From NCBI GenBank assembly GCA_964586285.1, contig CAZPHU010000003.1, positions 5,049 to 69,048 on the forward strand: DNA of 64,000 nucleotides, in the 5' to 3' direction. Below the pieces are notes generated by a model. It did not search any database. It had not been told where the DNA came from and saw only the letters and a list, made by a program, of their open reading frames with translations. Each line of letters begins with the position of its first letter. Positions within the stretch are counted from its first letter, which is position 1. The position numbers and the translations under genes are program-made. Source of the stretch: an uncultured Fibrobacterota bacterium. GTDB lineage: Bacteria > Fibrobacterota > Chitinivibrionia > Chitinivibrionales > CAYFVL01. Shown in pieces: positions 60,050 to 64,000 of this stretch.

Positions 60050-60862
60050 TCAGGAGTTAAGCAAACAAACGGTGGATGGAACACTGACTTTCAGAGCCAG
60101 GCTCTCGGAAATGAAGAAATTATAATCACGCCCCTCCGGACCCTCAAAGCCGGTCATCATATCCTGGCCCAATACAATCGAGGCGAACTGCTTTCCGGTA
60201 GCCAGTAAAACGCCTCCCTCACGAATGGACGGAGCTTTCACGATTCCATCGGTTACCAACGATTTTAGATGATCAAGTTCGATGGTGTTACCTTGAGGAT
60301 AGCGTCTGAAGAGTTTATTGTATAGTCCCGGGGTCAGAGCCAGTGAGTAGGGACCATGAAAGCCCGCTTCATCAAGAAGGCTGGTCGCCGCAATTATATC
60401 CTCCACGGCATCCCCAACCTCGGCCCAGGGTCTTAACCCCATGGACTGTATCCCGCTTGTGTTGAGCAGCCCCGGTATACCCAGAGCCTTCGAACCATAA
60501 AACAGCAGCTCGTCCTCCTTGCGTGCACAAGCAAGAGCCGCCGAGACCACGGCCTTCATGTCGATCGGCAGTCCCGATTGTTCGTGCTGTTCTATGTCTC
60601 CGGCAGCAAGGCTAAAGGGCTGGATGACGGATGCAACCGGTGTAGAGATACTCGCCCTTACTTGAGCCTCACCCTCTTTTCCTTCAACAACCTGCTCCGG
60701 CCCGGGTATGCTTTTGAGTCCGTATCCAAACGGTCCCTGTGCATGAAGCAGTTTTCTGGCACTTAACTGACTGACAGCCGCAGCGCGAACAGTCTTATCT
60801 ATAAGTTCCCAAACCTCCCGGGTAAACGGTGCATCATCCCGATGTAAATATTTGTCAGCCAT
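60050..60862 (-). CDS. Family 1 encapsulin shell protein (linocin M18-like)
   Basis: 270 aa. The N-terminus (LHRDDAPFTREVWELIDKTV...GPFGYGL) and overall length are collinear with Thermotoga-type encapsulin as I recall it. RBS AGGGGG. Confidence 0.85.
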   Translation of the reverse strand: MADKYLHRDDAPFTREVWELIDKTVRAAAVSQLSARKLLHAQGPFGYGLKSIPGPEQVVEGKEGEAQVRASISTPVASVIQPFSLAAGDIEQHEQSGLPIDMKAVVSAALACARKEDELLFYGSKALGIPGLLNTSGIQSMGLRPWAEVGDAVEDIIAATSLLDEAGFHGPYSLALTPGLYNKLFRRYPQGNTIELDHLKSLVTDGIVKAPSIREGGVLLATGKQFASIVLGQDMMTGFEGPEGRDYNFFISESLALKVSVPSTVCLLNS

Positions 60863-60871
60863 GGATACCCC

Positions 60872-61282
60872 CTAATCCCCTTTCAGATTGCCGATAGTCG
60901 TTATTTTGCTCGAGTCCTTTTCATCCTCAACCTCATCATCATCTTCATGGTCCTCTTTAAGAACTGCTTCGCCGGACTTACCCGAGTCAAGCTCCTCCTT
61001 GATTTCGTCCACCTCCTGTGCACCCTCGGCGAGAAACTGCTCCTCATCCTTTATCAGAATGTTGATAAGACGCTGGAATTCTCCGACATGCACCCTTTCT
61101 TCGTTGGCGATATCCTGCAGTACGGTGGCGGCAAGAGGGTTGTCGGTTGCGTCCGCAAGCGCCTCATATAGATGAATTGCCTCCTCCTCGGCCGCCAGAG
61201 AGAGGCGAAGAGCCCTTGTAAGCTCTCTGTTGGTCATTTCACGAGGAACGGTTCCACTGAACGGATTTACAAATTCAGGCAT
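60872..61282 (-). CDS. Encapsulated ferritin (EncFtn / Flp cargo) with a C-terminal targeting peptide
   Basis: Ferritin-like EEEAIHLYE and NEERVHVGEF (ExxH), an acidic linker, and the C-terminal KITTIGNLKGD resembling family-1 cargo-loading peptides. It ends 9 nt before the encapsulin gene. Confidence 0.8.
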   Translation of the reverse strand: MPEFVNPFSGTVPREMTNRELTRALRLSLAAEEEAIHLYEALADATDNPLAATVLQDIANEERVHVGEFQRLINILIKDEEQFLAEGAQEVDEIKEELDSGKSGEAVLKEDHEDDDEVEDEKDSSKITTIGNLKGD

Positions 61283-61300
61283 TTTTGAGATTCCTTTCCT

Positions 61301-61501
<201 letters not shown>

Positions 61502-61555
61502 TCATGAAGGTTTCAAATTTATTCCTTGACTTACAAAATCGAAGGGGGTAATTTA

Positions 61556-61571
61556 AGCAAAAAAAGTGCCG
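61556..61571 (-). promoter_or_regulatory. Sigma-54 promoter of the ferredoxin-EncFtn-encapsulin-SOR operon
   Basis: The minus strand reads CGGCACTTTTTTTGCT, with GG and GC at canonical spacing and GGCAC and TTGCT elements. It lies about 68 nt upstream of the ferredoxin ATG. Confidence 0.65.
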
Positions 61572-61724
61572 GCGCAAATACCGACACCTTCATATTCGGA
61601 GGACTGAAAGGGTATGTGAATGAATGGAATGAATTTGACACTTTTGAGAAAATAAAGTATTTAACTTGAGAAAACTAAAGCTCTATATGAACCTTTAATT
61701 CTTGTAGGTGGGCAACCTCTTTTT

Positions 61725-61740
61725 TGGCAAAGGAGTTGCT
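61725..61740 (+). promoter_or_regulatory. Sigma-54 promoter of the orphan REC gene
   Basis: TGGCAAAGGAGTTGCT has GG and GC at canonical spacing. It lies about 52 nt upstream of the ATG at 61792. Confidence 0.7.
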
Positions 61741-61791
61741 ACGCAGATGTTTTTTTTCGAATAAATGATTTGGGGGAAATGGTAAAAATCT

Positions 61792-62172
61792 ATGTTATCA
61801 AAAAAGGGTATTCTTCTTGTTGACGATGAGCCGGCGATTCTTCTTGCATTCAAAAAAGTTCTTCAAACCCCCTCGGTCGAAGTTGATACGGCTCAGACCG
61901 TGGATGAAGCAAAACAGTTGATTGATTTGAACGATTACTCCGTTGTGATTGCGGATCTGCGTCTTACCGGTGCAACTGTAATGGACGGCTTTGAAGTAAT
62001 AAGCCACACCAGGGCGACCCGTCCGGGGGCATCCATAATTGTAATTACCGCTTACGGAGACAACCAGACAAAAGAAAAGATATTCGAACTCGGCGCCGAT
62101 TACTACTATGAGAAGCCAATATCACCGAAGAAAATAAAGGAGGTTCTTGAGTCATTGGGTACCTATGAGTGA
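61792..62172 (+). CDS. Single-domain (CheY-like) response regulator
   Basis: LLVDDEPAI...VIADLRLTG...VITAYGD...YYEKP. It has no output domain. Confidence 0.85.
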   Translation: MLSKKGILLVDDEPAILLAFKKVLQTPSVEVDTAQTVDEAKQLIDLNDYSVVIADLRLTGATVMDGFEVISHTRATRPGASIIVITAYGDNQTKEKIFELGADYYYEKPISPKKIKEVLESLGTYE

Positions 62173-62423
62173 ACCCTCGCCGTAAACAACAACAGGGCTT
62201 TTTCTGTCCCCTTACCAAGAAAACGGAATTACTAAGGTTGAAATGAATTTCCATACACGCACTCTCTCCCTCTCTCATATCAAGGCAACAGCATTTACCC
62301 GGCTTTATCAAAACTAAGACAGAATTCATGCGTTTTTTCTCAAACTCTCCGAAACGAACTACAACTAAAGTATAAACGCATATCTATTCGCAAGTTACAT
62401 CCCGTTGAGGCACCCTGCGCAGG

Positions 62424-62439
62424 TGGCACATGGATTGCT
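62424..62439 (+). promoter_or_regulatory. Consensus sigma-54 promoter of the hemerythrin-like gene
   Basis: TGGCACATGGATTGCT matches the consensus exactly in the conserved positions. It lies about 98 nt upstream of the ATG at 62537. Confidence 0.75.
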
Positions 62440-62536
62440 CTATAAATTTTTAGACCATCGCCCGCATTTAACCGGCTCACACACACGAGCCCGCGGTGGA
62501 AAAAGCGAAGCATTGTTGGGCTTCGGAGGAGGTATC

Positions 62537-63130
62537 ATGATTTTAATCGACACACTGGCCATAGAGCACGGGTTGATAAATCAGATGGTTAATCTGATGA
62601 GAAAAGAGCTTGAATCTATGGCCGAAACCAATTCGGTTCATGTCTCATCTGTGGGTGTTCTCATCGATTTTATGTCAACATATGCAACCAAATGCCACTG
62701 CGGTAAGGAAGATACCATACTGCTGAAAAAGTTGCTGTCTAAACAAATATCCGCCGAACACCGAAAGTCTCTTCACGTTTTCAAAAGAGACCATGTTTAT
62801 GCCCAAAACTGTATAAAGAGCTTACAGAAAGCTCGAGACAGCTATTTAGGCGGTGAAAAGGAAGCATTTACCACCATAAAGGAGTGTCTGGAGCAGCTGA
62901 CAGCTTTTTACCCCAGCCACATGGCTCGGGAAGAGGAACTGTTGACGGCTTTCAGCATTGAATACTTTACGGATGAAGAGAGAGAGGATATGCTCGAGGA
63001 ATTTTGGGATTATGACAAAAAACTAATCAAAGAAAAGTACAAACTAAAAAAATCTCAGGGTAAAACGATCCGTAAAAAAACTAAAGCCGTGTCATCCCGC
63101 TCAAATGAATCGTTGCGTGCATATTGCTAA
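62537..63130 (+). CDS. Hemerythrin-like (HHE cation-binding) domain protein
   Basis: LAIEHGLI, CHCGKEDTILL, RDHVYAQ and SHMAREEELL fit the His/Glu pattern of hemerythrin-like domains. The ATG at 62537 lies behind GGAGGAGG. The ORF-track start at 62405 would include the promoter. Confidence 0.7.
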   Translation: MILIDTLAIEHGLINQMVNLMRKELESMAETNSVHVSSVGVLIDFMSTYATKCHCGKEDTILLKKLLSKQISAEHRKSLHVFKRDHVYAQNCIKSLQKARDSYLGGEKEAFTTIKECLEQLTAFYPSHMAREEELLTAFSIEYFTDEEREDMLEEFWDYDKKLIKEKYKLKKSQGKTIRKKTKAVSSRSNESLRAYC

Positions 63131-63257
63131 GACTACATTTTCCCGCTTTCAAAACAGTAGTAATCCAGTCTCATAAGCGGATCTTCGGAATCTTGACAAG
63201 AAAAAGAGCATGCCGATTAAACTCAAACGGCAAGCCCTCCTTCACCTGAGCAATCAC

Positions 63258-63677
63258 CTAAACATCCATCGCAGACAAATACTTTCCGGGGAGTATGGCC
63301 CTTATTTGCATGGCGGTGTGCTCCGAAATCCAGGATGTAAGTGCTTTACATACGGCGTAAAAAACCCGATCCTCTTCATACGCTGTTCCGTCCAGTCCGC
63401 AACAGGCTTCGACCATAAACTCCTTATTAGTTTCCTCGTTCACGCTTTTGCCGTCGTGCCAGCCCTCGTAGAATATTCCCCGAATAAGAAGCGGCAGTTG
63501 TTCGCCCAGAGCAATCGCCTCCTCTCGCGGAAGATGCTCCCGCAGGGCATGAAGCACTGAGCGCAGAGCCATATAGGATGCGTATTTGTCCGCATCGCCC
63601 AGCTCCCGGCTTACGGTATCAAACCAGACAGCCGATTTTTTCACCGCGGTCATTTCTACATCTCTTATTGCAGGCAT
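63258..63677 (-). CDS. DUF2267-domain protein (second copy in the window)
   Basis: WFDTVSRELG...ASYMALRSVLHALREHLPREEAIALGEQLPLLIRGIFYEGW parallels the 47958-48383 protein. Confidence 0.75.
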   Translation of the reverse strand: MPAIRDVEMTAVKKSAVWFDTVSRELGDADKYASYMALRSVLHALREHLPREEAIALGEQLPLLIRGIFYEGWHDGKSVNEETNKEFMVEACCGLDGTAYEEDRVFYAVCKALTSWISEHTAMQIRAILPGKYLSAMDV

Positions 63678-63695
63678 AATAACCTCTCTTTTTAT

Positions 63696-64000
63696 TTAGC
63701 ATTGAAAGGAAGCACTTGTAACCATTTCCTTTATCGGCACGGTAAACATCATGCCGGTGCCGGGAAGAGCAAAGTCTATGTTCTCCTCCATAAGTAATTC
63801 TTTAATCTTGAGCATGAGGGAGTCGTCGGTAAGTATCGAAAGTATGGTTTTCATCGCGGCTTTACGGGGAGTCGGAGTAGGTGATACGGTTGCAAAAGGA
63901 TTCGGCTCTAAACCCGCATCTCCCCATAATCCTCTGCCGTCTAAAACATTGATGGCCGAAGCCTCGGCTTCGACGAGAATAGTAAGTATCTTTTCCAGAT
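63696..64000 (-). CDS. Hypothetical protein, 3' part only (possible P-II/GlnB-like fold)
   Basis: My own translation of the minus strand gives ...LEKILTILVEAEASAINVLDGRGLWGD...MKTILSILTDDSLMLKIKELLMEENIDFALPGTGMMFTVPIKEMVTSASFQC then stop at 63696. The beta-alpha-beta-like repeats only loosely resemble P-II. Confidence 0.4.
   Translation of the reverse strand, partial: LEKILTILVEAEASAINVLDGRGLWGDAGLEPNPFATVSPTPTPRKAAMKTILSILTDDSLMLKIKELLMEENIDFALPGTGMMFTVPIKEMVTSASFQC

Noticed and set aside
59990-61282. Identical MPEF N-termini of the SOR and EncFtn proteins as a possible shared signal.
   Set aside because: Only four residues are shared. The known encapsulin targeting signal is C-terminal and only EncFtn has it.
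61674-61681. Shared octamer AACTAAAG about 50 bp upstream of two sigma-54 promoters (also at about 62367-62374), considered as a possible IHF or enhancer site.
   Set aside because: Two AT-rich regions of about 150 nt sharing one 8-mer is quite likely by chance. The octamer is not found upstream of the other sigma-54 promoters.

Overview
This 64-kb chromosomal window appears to come from a diderm, probably anaerobic, polysaccharide-degrading bacterium. Supporting genes are ExbD/TonB, a TonB-dependent-receptor-like protein, beta-barrel proteins ending in Phe, GH5 and GH9 cellulases (the GH9 with a Por/T9SS-like tail), and a superoxide reductase. I recognised no rRNA, tRNA, CRISPR array, transposase, integrase or reverse transcriptase. 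Gene blocks: (1) 0-1.7 kb: exbD tail, tonB, TPR protein. (2) 1.8-10.2 kb: a complete phosphate regulon locus in the order pstS, porin-like gene, pstC, pstA, phoB, phoR, pstB, phoU. It carries phased CTAACA Pho-box-like repeats. (3) 10.2-14.9 kb: a glutamine amidotransferase, a 5' relic of an ammonium transporter that keeps its sigma-54 promoter, a degenerate sigma-54-activator-like protein and GAF-Enzyme I (ptsP). (4) 15-23 kb: aspS, a PAS-GGDEF-EAL protein, trpB2 and a hybrid kinase. (5) 23.6-37 kb: an MBL hydrolase, GH5, a PHP/kinase-like fusion, a TonB-dependent-like receptor, metY, GH9, a VOC protein, and a lipoprotein hydrolase bracketed by a palindromic repeat. (6) 37.5-47.7 kb: hrpA, PAP2, DUF116-like, a ParA/RHH pair and a hybrid kinase. 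(7) 48-64 kb: a stress island. It holds two DUF2267 genes, a flavoprotein disulfide reductase, a PNPOx-like protein, MarC, STAS, an NtrC-like activator, a second Enzyme I paralog, a PRC-barrel protein, an M50/CBS protease, fbaB, a superoxide reductase, an encapsulin with encapsulated ferritin and ferredoxin, an orphan REC and a hemerythrin-like protein. The most notable signals read directly from the DNA are six near-consensus sigma-54 promoters (GG-N10-GC spacing), four of them in the stress island. Each of the two sigma-54-activator-type genes in the window also lies next to a PTS Enzyme I paralog, with no histidine kinase, HPr or EII genes nearby. All calls rest on reading the sequence and on remembered family motifs; no database search or computation was run.
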